Shown: positions 48,828 through 57,304 of the stretch, one piece after another
Position numbering within the stretch: position 1 is the stretch's first letter
Layout of the letters: each line of letters begins with the position of its first letter
NCBI GenBank assembly: GCA_964399295.1
Contig: CAYNQD010000001.1
Span: 527,672-591,671, forward strand
Reading direction: 5' to 3'
DNA length: 64,000 bases
From: an uncultured Candidatus Saccharibacteria bacterium
Lineage (GTDB): Bacteria; Patescibacteriota; Minisyncoccia; Phycocordibacterales; UBA918
Notes under the pieces: model-generated
The model's input: the letters and a program-made list of their open reading frames with translations, nothing else
Database searches by the model: none
Told to the model about the DNA's origin: nothing
Position numbers and translations under genes: made by a program

Positions 48828-49433
48828 CTACTCCTGCGTCCCGTCCAAATTCACATCGTACATGATGCGTTCCTGTGCGGTCTTGTATTTCATGATTTCA
48901 TTCTCCTTAAACCAGATGGCGATTTCGCGCTCAGCCTCAGCTGGAGCATCAGAACAATGAATAAGATTTCGTACTGATCGATTTTCAAAAGAAGCGTGTC
49001 CGTATGAGTCGATAGTGTAATCTCCGCGAATAGTACCGACATCTGAGGTGGCTGGCTCCGTAGTACCCACAATCTTCATCACCACCTGCACTGCCTGATT
49101 ACCCTCCCAAACCATAGCCACCACCGGCCCAGCCGTCATGTATTTTACAATCATACGAATAATGTCACGACCATATTCAACCGGCTCCTTGTCAATCGGC
49201 AAACCCTGCGCCATCAAATCGCTCACGACATTAGTGCCTTTTTTTAAAAACCATTCTTCGGTTTTGTTGTAGTGCTGCACCAATCTTTCTTCATCCGGTG
49301 TAAACATTTTCATAGCCGTACACTTAAGGCCGGTTTGCTCAATGCGCTTTGTAACCTCCCCAACCAAACCTCTCTGCACGGTATCTGGCTTTAAGATAAT
49401 AAAAGTTCGTTCCTGATGTGGATATTTTTTCAT
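48828..49433 (-). CDS. ndk: Nucleoside diphosphate kinase
   Basis: ERTFIILKPDTVQRGLVGEV..., the catalytic-His context NLIHCSDA and RGDY. Confidence 0.85.
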   Translation of the reverse strand: MKKYPHQERTFIILKPDTVQRGLVGEVTKRIEQTGLKCTAMKMFTPDEERLVQHYNKTEEWFLKKGTNVVSDLMAQGLPIDKEPVEYGRDIIRMIVKYMTAGPVVAMVWEGNQAVQVVMKIVGTTEPATSDVGTIRGDYTIDSYGHASFENRSVRNLIHCSDAPAEAEREIAIWFKENEIMKYKTAQERIMYDVNLDGTQE

Positions 49434-49503
49434 AATAATTATATTGATTTAAAATAGTTTAGGCAGTATAGCGGTTTAAGGCTTAATATTCAAGCTCTAT
49501 CCT

Positions 49504-50109
49504 CTACTCATCCCACTTCTTCTTGAAAGTTATTACCCGATAAAAATAAGTAGCAAAAATAAGTGCCACTATCGCGTTTGATATTGGGTCTAGGTAATTA
49601 CCAATTTTGTCATGCTGGCTCTGCAAAAAATAACCCGTCAAAGCCAGCAAGGTAGACCAGAGAAGACTACCGATAAAAGAATATAGCAAAAATGACCACA
49701 CCGGCATCTTGGCAATACCGGCCGGTACTGAAATGAGGGTGCGAATGGTAGGAATCATCCGCCCAAACAACACCGCCTTGCGGCCATAACGATGAAACCA
49801 CACCTCGGCCGCGTCGATATCTTCCGGTGTCAGGGTCAAAGCACGGCCATAACGCAACGACAACCGCTTCAACCTCTTAATCCCAAACATCCTCCCCAAA
49901 ATATACCAAGGCAAAACTCCCGCCACCGTACCCAAAGACACCACCAATATCACCAAAAAAATATTCATCTCTCCCGCCGCGGCCGCGTATCCAGCTAGAG
50001 GAATAATCACCTCCGACGGTATCGGCGGAAAAATATTTTCCAAAACCATCAAAAAGAAAATACCGGCGTATCCGCCAGTTTCAATAATGTGAAGCGTCCA
50101 ATCAAACAT
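49504..50109 (-). CDS. DedA/SNARE-associated family membrane protein
   Basis: Polytopic, with the DedA signature region FGRMIPTIRTLISVPAG. Confidence 0.75.
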   Translation of the reverse strand: MFDWTLHIIETGGYAGIFFLMVLENIFPPIPSEVIIPLAGYAAAAGEMNIFLVILVVSLGTVAGVLPWYILGRMFGIKRLKRLSLRYGRALTLTPEDIDAAEVWFHRYGRKAVLFGRMIPTIRTLISVPAGIAKMPVWSFLLYSFIGSLLWSTLLALTGYFLQSQHDKIGNYLDPISNAIVALIFATYFYRVITFKKKWDE

Positions 50110-50129
50110 AATGGCTACATTCTAGCAGA
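50074..50129. repeat. Direct repeat copy 1 (56 bp; covers the dedA start codon, 12 codons and about 20 bp upstream)
   Basis: GCCAGTTTCAATAATGTGAAGCGTCCAATCAAACATAATGGCTACATTCTAGCAGA is identical to 51006..51061. Confidence 0.9.
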
Positions 50130-50338
50130 TAGCGGACAAAAGACCTCATGGTTTGGGTTTGATAATTGGAAGCGCACATGGAGAAACTGACTAAAGAAAA
50201 AAGACTAACGCGACAAAAGACCGTATTTATAGCCTCTTCAAAAGAATTTATATGTCAGTTGGATCAATCATATGTACTTATTGTATCAATATATATAAAT
50301 ATTATCAATCATTTAGGTATTGAAACGACCTTGACTCC

Positions 50339-50374
50339 ATCTACAAAAATAGAAATTGAATATATTGATTAAAC
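50339..50374 (-). repeat. Solitary CRISPR-type repeat, a near-identical copy of the 53.2-kb array repeat (1 mismatch)
   Basis: ATCTACAAAAATAGAAATTGAATATATTGATTAAAC differs from the array repeat ATCTACAAAAGTAGAAATTGAATATATTGATTAAAC by one G-to-A change (a G-U wobble in the hairpin). No second repeat lies within 2.7 kb. Confidence 0.7.
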
Positions 50375-50471
50375 CTGTGTGCCATCATCTTTAACAAGTA
50401 CAATTTGTAGATGACCCCGATTGAGTGCAGTAAGATTTCCTGCAAGACGAAGCTCAGCCATTCTAATCTCC

Positions 50472-50954
50472 TTATAATCTTGTTTTTATTATTCTAAGAT
50501 CGTGAATAATAATTCGTTCAATCTCAGTATATAAAATTTCAATACTTACGCTATGTACAAGTATTTTTGATTCTAGGTTAAGAAGCCAGCCATGCGCAAA
50601 AATGATGCCTTGTTTTTCAGTATTCCAGTATGCTGCAACAGAAAACGCAGGATTATTTATACCGTATATTCTCGTTGAATTTTCGCTTAATAAAGCTGAC
50701 TTTACTTCTAAACCTTGTGCAATCAACCAGGCTTCAGCTTCTTCCCAGCTGTCAAAATTAGAAGAGAGAAAATCTTTAAGTTGAGCCTTTGCTTCTTCTT
50801 CTGAAATACTATTCGACCATGCGACAAAATCAAAATCAGCATCAGTAGATAGTGTTTCTTTCTTTTGCATAAGTTGTTCTGCTGCAGTAATAGTACCCAA
50901 AAGAATTACTAAAGTTGATATTGTTATTAGTGTGATTTTAAAAGCATTTTTCAT
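50472..50954 (-). CDS. Secreted hypothetical protein (paralog of 51997..52500)
   Basis: It has a signal peptide. The first 80 residues are about 80% identical to the N-terminus of the 52015 gene (TITAAEQLMQKKETLS..FDFVAWSNSISEEEAKAQLKDFLSS). The duplicated dedA promoter lies directly upstream. Confidence 0.5.
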   Translation of the reverse strand: MKNAFKITLITISTLVILLGTITAAEQLMQKKETLSTDADFDFVAWSNSISEEEAKAQLKDFLSSNFDSWEEAEAWLIAQGLEVKSALLSENSTRIYGINNPAFSVAAYWNTEKQGIIFAHGWLLNLESKILVHSVSIEILYTEIERIIIHDLRIIKTRL

Positions 50955-51005
50955 ATCTTAATTAACTGCTTTGCTGTCATCATTTAAAAGCCAAGACAGC
51001 TTTAT

Positions 51006-51061
51006 GCCAGTTTCAATAATGTGAAGCGTCCAATCAAACATAATGGCTACATTCTAGCAGA
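51006..51061. repeat. Direct repeat copy 2 (56 bp)
   Basis: Identical to 50074..50129. On the minus strand it fuses the first 12 dedA codons to a 27-aa ORF that ends immediately upstream of the 50954 gene. Confidence 0.9.
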
Positions 51062-51202
51062 ATGCCGGCAAAAACACGATTTGGTTGTGTGGTGGAGGTG
51101 GCAAAAGAAAGATTAAACATAGCTAGGCAAGTTTGGAGTACAAAGAAGAACGCCGAGATTAGAGCTGGATATTTTATTTCGTTTTATTGGAAAATAATAA
51201 AA

Positions 51203-51826
51203 TTAGAACTCTCCAAACCGTTGATCAAGATTTATCACATAGTCTCTGAGGCGCAAAGTTCTTTCAGACGCAAGAGTTAAAGAACATCGCGTACTTTCCG
51301 TATTTCCTATAACCCTGTTGTGCAGCCAATAGGTGCTTGTTAACGAACATTCGGCATCAAAATACTGTTCCCATAAATTTTGAGAGGATTTAAGCGGTTC
51401 TGATAATTCATCAATACCATAAAGCGTGTCTAGGTATTTTTTCATTAAATCAAACCAAGCCTCTACTTCATAATTACCACAATTAACTTCTGTACATTCA
51501 AAAGCATAGGTTCCCACGCACTTTTCTGAAGAAATTCCAGTTTTCTTTTGATCCAAACAAGATTCGATGATTGAGACCGCCTTAGCAATTTCTACCTCGT
51601 TACGATCTGATAAGGCAATTTTTTGTCCACGGGGCGTATCTTCCTGAAATGATTCAGAGATTTCTTGGTTTTGGTAGTATTGAGATAAAGTTTTTTCTTC
51701 TCTTGAAATGCCAGAGTCATTATCAACACTTAACTGTTTACCACTTTCAACTATTTCTAAAAAATAAAAAGTTAGTCCGAAACCAACCAACATAACTAGG
51801 GCAATGATTTTCATTGATTTATTCAT
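51203..51826 (-). CDS. Membrane-anchored or secreted Cys-containing hypothetical protein (possibly DUF1311/LprI-like)
   Basis: 207 aa with an N-terminal TM/signal helix. The C-terminus carries conserved Cys and Tyr (EQYFDAECSL...RCSLTLASERTLRLRDYV). Confidence 0.35.
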   Translation of the reverse strand: MNKSMKIIALVMLVGFGLTFYFLEIVESGKQLSVDNDSGISREEKTLSQYYQNQEISESFQEDTPRGQKIALSDRNEVEIAKAVSIIESCLDQKKTGISSEKCVGTYAFECTEVNCGNYEVEAWFDLMKKYLDTLYGIDELSEPLKSSQNLWEQYFDAECSLTSTYWLHNRVIGNTESTRCSLTLASERTLRLRDYVINLDQRFGEF

Positions 51827-52014
51827 AATATGAAATAGAATATCATATAATTTAAGAGGTATGAATAAATTGCTTGAAAAAAATTGTACATAAGCACAAT
51901 TGATTCCGGTTAAATTTTCCTTGTGTTTTTGTCAGCGCAAGTGTTATTGCAAAAGAATTGTTGTGAAGAGTCAGGAAGTTTACATAAGTATCGAGTGTGG
52001 TATTATTCATTAAT

Positions 52015-52500
52015 ATGAAAAGTGTTTTAAAAAGTACGCTTATAACAATATCGGCCCTAGTCATTCTTTTGGCCACCATTACTGTAGCAGAACAACTTAT
52101 GCAAAAGAAGGAAACGCTCTCTGTTGAGGCTAATTTTGATTTTGTTGCTTGGTCAAATAGTATTTCAGAAGAAGAAGCAAAAGCTCAGCTTAAGGATTTC
52201 CTATCTTCTTTTAATAATTGGGAAGAGGTTGAAAGCTGGCTGGGTGCACAGGGTTTCCGGGTAGAGAAACCTTTATTAACTCCTGAGAATACAGCAGAAA
52301 TTTACGGTATTGATAATAAACCTATATTATTTACTGCGGTAGCAGGCTGGTCTCCAAAAAGGCAAGGCATTATTTTTGCAAATAATTTGATTATTAAAAT
52401 TGAATCAAAGTTGTTTGTATATGGTGTAAATATTGGATTTTTATATTCTGAGGATCCTTTCTTAATTCAGCGAATTAATATAACAAAAACACGACAATAA
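52015..52500 (+). CDS. Secreted hypothetical protein (paralog of 50472..50954)
   Basis: See the paralog entry. It is the first gene of a three-gene plus-strand cassette that ends in the CRISPR mini-array. Confidence 0.5.
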   Translation: MKSVLKSTLITISALVILLATITVAEQLMQKKETLSVEANFDFVAWSNSISEEEAKAQLKDFLSSFNNWEEVESWLGAQGFRVEKPLLTPENTAEIYGIDNKPILFTAVAGWSPKRQGIIFANNLIIKIESKLFVYGVNIGFLYSEDPFLIQRINITKTRQ

Positions 52501-52505
52501 GGAGA

Positions 52506-52802
52506 GTGGGTATGGCAGAACTTCGTTTGGCATCTAGTTACGCCAGCATAGACACGTTCCAAGCTTGGTTAGAGTTTCAGGGTTTTGAAGTCACTGCTCG
52601 TTTTGAACACCAGAATGCAGATCCCATGGGGGCATGGATTGGTCTCAGTGGTAGCCGTAATCATGCTGAGAATAATGGTCGCTTGTTTAGCGTAAGCGTG
52701 TTTCAGAAATTTTTAGGTCAGGATCATAGTATGTCGGTTTTTGCGCAGTTCGATCATACCGATAACGTAATCGGCATACAAACTGCATTTAACACTAAAT
52801 AG
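52506..52802 (+). CDS. Small hypothetical protein
   Basis: 98 aa (MGMAELRLASSY...). Its N-terminus is echoed in the 30-aa remnant on the minus strand at 50368..50460. Confidence 0.45.
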   Translation: MGMAELRLASSYASIDTFQAWLEFQGFEVTARFEHQNADPMGAWIGLSGSRNHAENNGRLFSVSVFQKFLGQDHSMSVFAQFDHTDNVIGIQTAFNTK

Positions 52803-52813
52803 GGGGAAATGAA

Positions 52814-53164
52814 GTGGCGACAGTAAATTTGGCAGGTAATTTGATTACTGGAATTAGTGTACTGGGTGTTGGTCACCTACAGCTCGTTCGGATTGATGGA
52901 ACAAATCAATTGGAAATTGAAGTTCAGGCGCCCACTGATTTTGGGATGTTTGGAGGTGAATGGGTATATCATCAAAGGGATCATACAGATCCCAATCACA
53001 CGAGCGCATTCATACCTAATGCCAACGGCGTGTCCCCCAATCCAAACGAATATGCGATTACAGAAATAGACGTTGGGAATCGTAATCCAGACGAAGTATG
53101 GCAAGTATTAACTAGGATATATGATGAATTTCGTTTGAAAGGAGACTTTGAATATATTGATTAA
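52814..53164 (+). CDS. Small hypothetical protein whose last 6 codons lie inside the terminal CRISPR repeat
   Basis: 116 aa (MATVNLAGNLITG...GHLQLVRIDGTNQ...). The C-terminus ...GDFEYID* is encoded by TTTGAATATATTGATTAA, which is the 3' 18 nt of the repeat. Its homologous N-terminus is found in the 50.4-kb remnant. Confidence 0.45.
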   Translation: MATVNLAGNLITGISVLGVGHLQLVRIDGTNQLEIEVQAPTDFGMFGGEWVYHQRDHTDPNHTSAFIPNANGVSPNPNEYAITEIDVGNRNPDEVWQVLTRIYDEFRLKGDFEYID

Positions 53165-53352
53165 ACCTCCTTGCGGATAAGCAGGTGCTCGTATCTACAA
53201 AAGTAGAAATTGAATATATTGATTAAACACACGCGTCAACGAATCTTTGGCGGTATCTACAAAAGTAGAAATTGAATATATTGATTAAACTCAACACTAA
53301 AGGACGAATACGCCTGATCTACAAAAGTAGAAATTGAATATATTGCAGCCAA
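53148..53352 (-). CRISPR. Orphan CRISPR mini-array: 3 spacers (26 nt each) and 36-nt repeats of Cas12a/type V-A-like sequence
   Basis: Identical 36-nt repeats at 53193-53228 and 53255-53290 (ATCTACAAAAGTAGAAATTGAATATATTGATTAAAC on the plus strand). A third copy at 53317-53352 matches for 29 nt and then diverges. A truncated 19-nt copy lies at 53148-53166. Unique spacers sit at 53167-53192 (CTCCTTGCGGATAAGCAGGTGCTCGT), 53229-53254 (ACACGCGTCAACGAATCTTTGGCGGT) and 53291-53316 (TCAACACTAAAGGACGAATACGCCTG). The minus-strand repeat is GTTTAATCAATATATTCAATTTCTACTTTTGTAGAT, which ends in the Cas12a crRNA handle AAUUUCUACU-UUU-GUAGAU. Confidence 0.7.
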
Positions 53353-53446
53353 TTTCCAAATAAGATTTATACACAATAATGGTACTATGTGGTTCTTGTG
53401 GTGTTAATAATTTTTTATAATAGAGAAGACACAAAAAACGAAACTT

Positions 53447-54379
53447 ATGATAAAAAATAATACACATGTCGTACTGGGAGCTTCGGGTGCTATTGGCCAA
53501 GGAGTAGTCAAGGCCTTGCAGGAAAAAGGTCTGGTGATAAGAGCTGTTGAGAGATCAAAACAAGTTGCGGGCATAGAGACGGTTTTGGCTGATCTCAGCG
53601 ATGAAAAGCAAGCGCGGGAGGCGATAGTGGGCGCGAGCCATGTTTATCTTTGCGTCGGCCTACCGTACAACACTAAAATTTGGCAAAGCGGATGGCCGCG
53701 GCTTATGCGCTCCGTCATCAATGCCTGTGCAGAGGCAAACGCCAAGTTGATTTTCTTTGATAATGTATATATGTACGGACCTTCTCTGTCGGTGCCATTT
53801 ACTGAAAATCACCCACAAAACCCAACAACAAAGAAAGGGATGGTGAGGAAACAGGTAGCGGATTTGTTACTGCAAGCGCACAATTCCAGCCAGGTGCAAG
53901 CGGTTATCGGGCGGTCGGCTGATTTTTACGGCCCTAAAGCCGTCAACAGCCAGCTTTACATAAAATTTATCGAACGCATCAAACAAGGGAAAAATCCACA
54001 ATGGCTCGGCCAGCCAGACCAGCCACACACCTACTCCTACACACTAGACAATGGGCGAGCGCTAGTAGAGCTGGCGCTTGACGACACCGCTTACGGACAA
54101 GTCTGGCATTTGCCAGTTGGTAAGCCCATTGCGATTGGAGAAATCCTTGGCCTCATCAATAAGAAGCTCGGGACTTCATACAAAGTTTCTTATTTACCCC
54201 GACCTTTACTCGGTCTAATGTCACTCTTTATTCCACCAATTAAAGAGGTCAAAGAAATGCTGTATCAATTTGACAATCCATACATCATGTCTGACCAAAA
54301 ATTTCGAGATCGCTTTCCGGATTTTAAAACGACCAGCTATGAGGAGGGTTTGGCTGCCATGATTGAGAGTTTTGAGTAA
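53447..54379 (+). CDS. NAD-dependent epimerase/dehydratase-family (SDR) protein
   Basis: The N-terminal Rossmann motif is VLGASGAIGQGVVKAL. It is 310 aa. Confidence 0.7.
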   Translation: MIKNNTHVVLGASGAIGQGVVKALQEKGLVIRAVERSKQVAGIETVLADLSDEKQAREAIVGASHVYLCVGLPYNTKIWQSGWPRLMRSVINACAEANAKLIFFDNVYMYGPSLSVPFTENHPQNPTTKKGMVRKQVADLLLQAHNSSQVQAVIGRSADFYGPKAVNSQLYIKFIERIKQGKNPQWLGQPDQPHTYSYTLDNGRALVELALDDTAYGQVWHLPVGKPIAIGEILGLINKKLGTSYKVSYLPRPLLGLMSLFIPPIKEVKEMLYQFDNPYIMSDQKFRDRFPDFKTTSYEEGLAAMIESFE

Positions 54380-54533
54380 GGAGATGAGCTTTATTTAGCT
54401 GAAGTATTAAAGCAGCCAGATACGCGTGCGTTTCTTTTTCGTTTGACTTTTGCGATGAAAATTGTAGGATAATCGAGCAATGATGTTGCTTTGGCAACAC
54501 TGGTTATTGAGTTATTTTACAAAGGAGAAAAAG

Positions 54534-55001
54534 ATGAGTTCCACCACAGAAGTAGAAGAAGATACTTTTTTCAATGCGACTTTCAGCAACTCCATTACGG
54601 AAGCGGTTGCTTTCGTGTCGTGTCTGGTAAATGGAAAACTGCCATTTGACATAAAGACCCTTCTGGAAACGCATGAAGAGTATATGGAAAATCACCCGAC
54701 AACCTATGATGAATATTGGCTGTTTGGGAAAGCTTTTATCAAAAAAACATCCCAGATAAGGAGAGTCCTGAAACACAAACGTATATCCGAAATAAAGGGT
54801 GGTCGGGTTATCGCAAAATTGGACAAAAGATCAAAAGATGGTCAAATCTTGACGCGTACTATCTATATTACTTTCACAGACGGTACTCACGTCCAGCTTG
54901 ATTATGCTTTCAATATTTTCGACAATGATAAGTGGAGTGTTTCACAACTCACTTACAAAGATGTCGAAAATAAAAAATCGCTTGTCCTAATAATGTATTA
55001 A
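54534..55001 (+). CDS. Hypothetical protein
   Basis: The start is taken at MSSTTEVEED, with SD AAAGGAG 6 nt upstream. No motif was recognised. Confidence 0.4.
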   Translation: MSSTTEVEEDTFFNATFSNSITEAVAFVSCLVNGKLPFDIKTLLETHEEYMENHPTTYDEYWLFGKAFIKKTSQIRRVLKHKRISEIKGGRVIAKLDKRSKDGQILTRTIYITFTDGTHVQLDYAFNIFDNDKWSVSQLTYKDVENKKSLVLIMY

Positions 55002-55261
55002 TATCTATTAGGGACAAAAAAACAGCACGTCATTATCGACATGCTGTTTTATTTTTTAGAACTACAGAAACCAAGTGGGTTCATCGCACAAAAATGCGTT
55101 CTACCCTAGCAAATTTTGCAGAGTCACCACCAAAGCCGCCTGCGCCAACAGCATTCCCGCCACCCACTTAATCATATCAACCCGTTGATTTTTCATCTCC
55201 AATTTTAGTTCTTGGATATTTTCTTGGAGTATGCTTTTCATAGGATTTTAATATTCCAGCT

Positions 55262-56032
55262 CTACTTAGTCAAAATCACTGGCCCCTTTTCGGTAATCGC
55301 TACGGTGTGCTCAAAGTGCGCCGAGATGGAGCCGTCTTTGGTGTAGACACTGTAGCCATCGCCTTCGTCATCGAAATAGACATCTTTCTTTCCCAAATTT
55401 ACAATCGGCTCAATAGCATACACGTGCCCCACTTCAATCTTTGGCCCAGTGCCGGCTTTGCCAAAATTTGGAATTGTTGGTTCTTCATGCACGGCATAGC
55501 CCACCCCATGCCCACACAAAACTTCCACTACCGAAAATCCACGTGCTTCCACAAATTCCTGAATGGCAGCGCTAATATCACCAATCCTGTTGCCCGCTTT
55601 GGCCATTTTTATGCCGTGAGCTAGGGCTTCTTGCGTAGTGCTGAGTAGCTTCTTAGCTTCCGCGGAAATTTTTCCCACGCCCACTGTGATTCCCGAATCA
55701 ACAATCATTCCCTTGTAGCCAATCGACATGTCGATATTGACGACGTCACCTTCTTTCAAAACCACCCCCTCACTGGGAATGCCATGCTGCACACAATCAT
55801 TGACCGACACACACACGGCCGCCGGATAAGGATAATCGGCAAAAGTCGGATGATAACCTAGCAGTACCGGCTCAGCGCCGTATTTTTCAACCAGTTCCAT
55901 CGCCTTATCATCAATATCAAGAGTGGTGTTGCCCACCACCGCTTCCTTGGCTAATTCTTTCAAGCACTTAGCCAGAATAGCACCAGCCTCTTTTAAAATT
56001 TCAATTTCCTCAGGAGTTTTTTTTGTTATCAT
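55262..56032 (-). CDS. map: Type I methionine aminopeptidase
   Basis: The pita-bread fold metal ligands sit in ...DVVNIDMS..., HGVGYAVHEEP, and EPIVN/EHT. Confidence 0.85.
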   Translation of the reverse strand: MITKKTPEEIEILKEAGAILAKCLKELAKEAVVGNTTLDIDDKAMELVEKYGAEPVLLGYHPTFADYPYPAAVCVSVNDCVQHGIPSEGVVLKEGDVVNIDMSIGYKGMIVDSGITVGVGKISAEAKKLLSTTQEALAHGIKMAKAGNRIGDISAAIQEFVEARGFSVVEVLCGHGVGYAVHEEPTIPNFGKAGTGPKIEVGHVYAIEPIVNLGKKDVYFDDEGDGYSVYTKDGSISAHFEHTVAITEKGPVILTK

Positions 56033-56034
56033 AG

Positions 56035-56631
56035 TTATTTTAATTTAAGCGCGGAAATGATTTGCTCATGCACACCATCAATCGTGTCGTCGCCTTTTAT
56101 ATCATGTACGGTTACATTGGCGATATTTTTATAATATGCAATTACCGGCAAGGTGTCTTCACGATACCATCGTAAGCGATTCTCGATTGATTCTAAAGTA
56201 TCATCGTCTCTGGCTCTTTCCAACATCCGCGCTTTTACCACCTCTTCCGGAGTATCGAGATTGATAACGTGAATATTTTTCCTTTCAAAAAAATCGAAAG
56301 CGCCGGCTAGAGTTTCGGCTTGGGCTACGGTCCGGGGGAAACCATCAATCAACAAATGACTTCCCGGATCAAGCTCACTGAGCATTTGTTGACCCCACAG
56401 AGCATAAGTAAGGAAATCAGGCTGCAAAACACCCGCTTGCAAGGAGTCGGCGATTTTGTTTTGCGCGAAAGTTTGGCGGGGGGCGGTCAAGCTTCTAAAT
56501 AAGCTGCCAGTCTGTACATCCACCAGCTTTCTATCACCATCAAGCGCGGTGATGATATTTTTAATCTTGCTAATCTGAGTGCCTTTGCCGCTGCCTTGCG
56601 GCCCGACAAAAATTAAAGTTAGTGGTTGCAT
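56035..56631 (-). CDS. adk: Adenylate kinase
   Basis: The P-loop is FVGPQGSGKGTQ, and LIDGFPRTVAQAE is the NMP-binding motif. Confidence 0.85.
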   Translation of the reverse strand: MQPLTLIFVGPQGSGKGTQISKIKNIITALDGDRKLVDVQTGSLFRSLTAPRQTFAQNKIADSLQAGVLQPDFLTYALWGQQMLSELDPGSHLLIDGFPRTVAQAETLAGAFDFFERKNIHVINLDTPEEVVKARMLERARDDDTLESIENRLRWYREDTLPVIAYYKNIANVTVHDIKGDDTIDGVHEQIISALKLK

Positions 56632-56646
56632 ATTTTTACTGGAAAG

Positions 56647-57243
56647 TTATGATGAATAAACTCGATTTTTTAGCGATTCAATCAACCGGCAAAATTCTTC
56701 TTTTGCTGGGGTGAAATCATTGGTGGAATTATCAATAATAATATCAGCAATGTCTTTTGAGGCTACTTCCACCAAATAGCGTTCATAGCGGGAATTGAGC
56801 TCATCTTCACTCATCGGCGCGCGCCCAAGGGCGCGCGCCTTTAACACCTCCCAACCACCGGCATCTATAAAAACAGTCGTGATGTGCTCCGCAAGAATAA
56901 GCTGGTGAAGCTGCTCCACTCCCTGCACGTCTATTTCCGCAATAACAATCTGGCCATTTTCCAAGCGCTGGACAATTTCGCTTTTCAGAGTCCCGTATTT
57001 ATTGGCTCCAAATACCGCCCACTCCAAAAAATCTCCAGCCGCAACTTTTTGTTCAAATTCAGCTGGTGTTAGAAAATAATAATCCTTACCCTCAATCTCA
57101 CCTGGGCGCATGGCTCTAGTGGTACAAGAAACCGTCACGTACAAATCGGGAATCGTAGCCAAAGCCTCTTTTATTAAAGTGCCTTTGCCGCTACCCATTG
57201 GAGCCATTACCACCAAGACATGTCCTTTTATATTGCCTATCAT
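56647..57243 (-). CDS. gmk: Guanylate kinase
   Basis: VVMAPMGSGKGTL...VSCTTRAMRPGEIEGKDYYFL...EWAVFGANKYGT matches the Gmk family. The start is placed at the internal Met (MIGNIKG). Its position between secY and adk is unusual. Confidence 0.75.
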   Translation of the reverse strand: MIGNIKGHVLVVMAPMGSGKGTLIKEALATIPDLYVTVSCTTRAMRPGEIEGKDYYFLTPAEFEQKVAAGDFLEWAVFGANKYGTLKSEIVQRLENGQIVIAEIDVQGVEQLHQLILAEHITTVFIDAGGWEVLKARALGRAPMSEDELNSRYERYLVEVASKDIADIIIDNSTNDFTPAKEEFCRLIESLKNRVYSS

Positions 57244-57304
57244 GCCATCCGAGAGTAGCAGTTTTTTGTCTATTTCGCAACACAATTTATGTTATGCTTG
57301 GGCC

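Noticed and set aside
50166-50372. 68-aa ORF on the plus strand ending ...EIEYID*
   Set aside because: Its last codons are the solo CRISPR-type repeat itself, and the rest has no homolog in the duplicated cassette. It is most likely an artefact of reading through the repeat and pseudo-spacer.
50375-53147. A cas12a or other cas gene near the mini-array or solo repeat
   Set aside because: All ORFs between and around the two loci are 210 aa or shorter and lack RuvC, HNH, Cas1 or Cas2 motifs. The largest unknown ORF in the window (1041 aa) is clearly a Type IIG RM enzyme with NPPY.
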